NCBI GenBank assembly: GCA_904377845.1
Contig: CAJFGR010000002.1
Span: 11,555-75,554, forward strand
Direction: 5' to 3'
From: an uncultured Ruminococcus sp.
GTDB taxonomy: Bacteria; Bacillota; Clostridia; Lachnospirales; Lachnospiraceae
DNA length: 64,000 bases
A program made the translations under genes and the position numbers. The notes beneath the pieces were generated by a model that saw only the letters and a program-made list of their open reading frames with translations, was not told where the DNA came from and did no database searches. Below, one piece after another: positions 63,785-64,000 of the stretch. The stretch's first letter is position 1. The number at the start of each line of letters is the position of its first letter.

Positions 63785-64000
63785 CTAGATCTGGGTAAGA
63801 ACAAAAATTTCATACAGTGCGCGTATTGCAGCCTTGAAATCTTCGTGCCGTACGCCGATGATAATGTTCAGCTCACTGGAACCCTGATCGATCATCTTAA
63901 CATTGATATGCGCGTGAGCCAGTGCGGAAAAGATCCTACCGGCAGTACCTCTTGTTGACTTCATGCCGCGGCCCACAACCGCAATCAGTGCAAGGTCAGA
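63785..64000 (-). CDS. Aspartate kinase, C-terminal ACT domain (5' part lies outside the window)
   Basis: The frame is open to the window edge. The sequence SDLALIAVVGRGMKSTRGTAGRIFSALAHAHINVKMIDQGSSELNIIIGV is typical of an aspartokinase ACT domain. Confidence 0.85.
   Translation of the reverse strand, partial: SDLALIAVVGRGMKSTRGTAGRIFSALAHAHINVKMIDQGSSELNIIIGVRHEDFKAAIRALYEIFVLTQI

Overview
This window looks like a core chromosomal segment of a spore-forming Firmicute. The class is Clostridia, and gene order and protein sequences look Lachnospiraceae-like. That placement is inferred from gpr-spoIIP, the Prp/L27-propeptide system and the absence of spo0B. I call about 62 protein-coding genes. 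I found no rRNA or tRNA genes, no CRISPR array, and no recognisable prophage, transposon or defence island.

Gene order from left to right:
- A small accessory-looking edge (1-3.4 kb) with a palindromic repeat unit, an orphan lipoprotein and a decayed AAA-ATPase/PD-(D/E)XK gene.
- An ABC-F ATPase, ilvN-ilvC and a MATE exporter.
- rpsT, divergent from gpr-spoIIP.
- parE-parC.
- The long rimP-nusA-ylxR-ylxQ-infB-rbfA-nrnA-truB-ribF-rpsO-pnp block.
- rarA, then mutS-mutL-miaA.
- A YnbB-like PLP enzyme and two FAD enzymes.
- radC-mreB-mreC-mreD-PBP2-minD-minE-rodA-mgsA-dac.
- yggS-sepF-ylmH-lspA-rluD.
- A convergent strand switch at about 55.4 kb.
- On the minus strand: ttcA-like, a Xer-like tyrosine recombinase and a YneA-like LysM protein, with lexA divergent on the plus strand. 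Then rsfS-yqeK-nadD-yhbY-obg-rpmA-prp-rplU, a CBS protein and the 3' end of aspartokinase.

I did not find a convincing new multi-gene system. The region is mostly ordinary housekeeping DNA. The leads I consider most worth a second look are:
1. The convergent strand switch next to a Xer-like recombinase and a weak dif-like motif, which may mark the replication terminus.
2. The SOS module, where several LexA boxes control a LysM division-inhibitor-like gene followed by the recombinase.
3. A palindromic repeat family present in a long form and a short form.
4. A 16-bp interrupted stem that sequesters the Shine-Dalgarno sequence of the ABC-F gene.
5. Cell-shape locus oddities: a divergent MreB, a roughly 950-aa PBP2 with a large insert and a Cys/His cluster, and minDE without minC.

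All functional calls come from motif and synteny recognition by eye. No searches were run.
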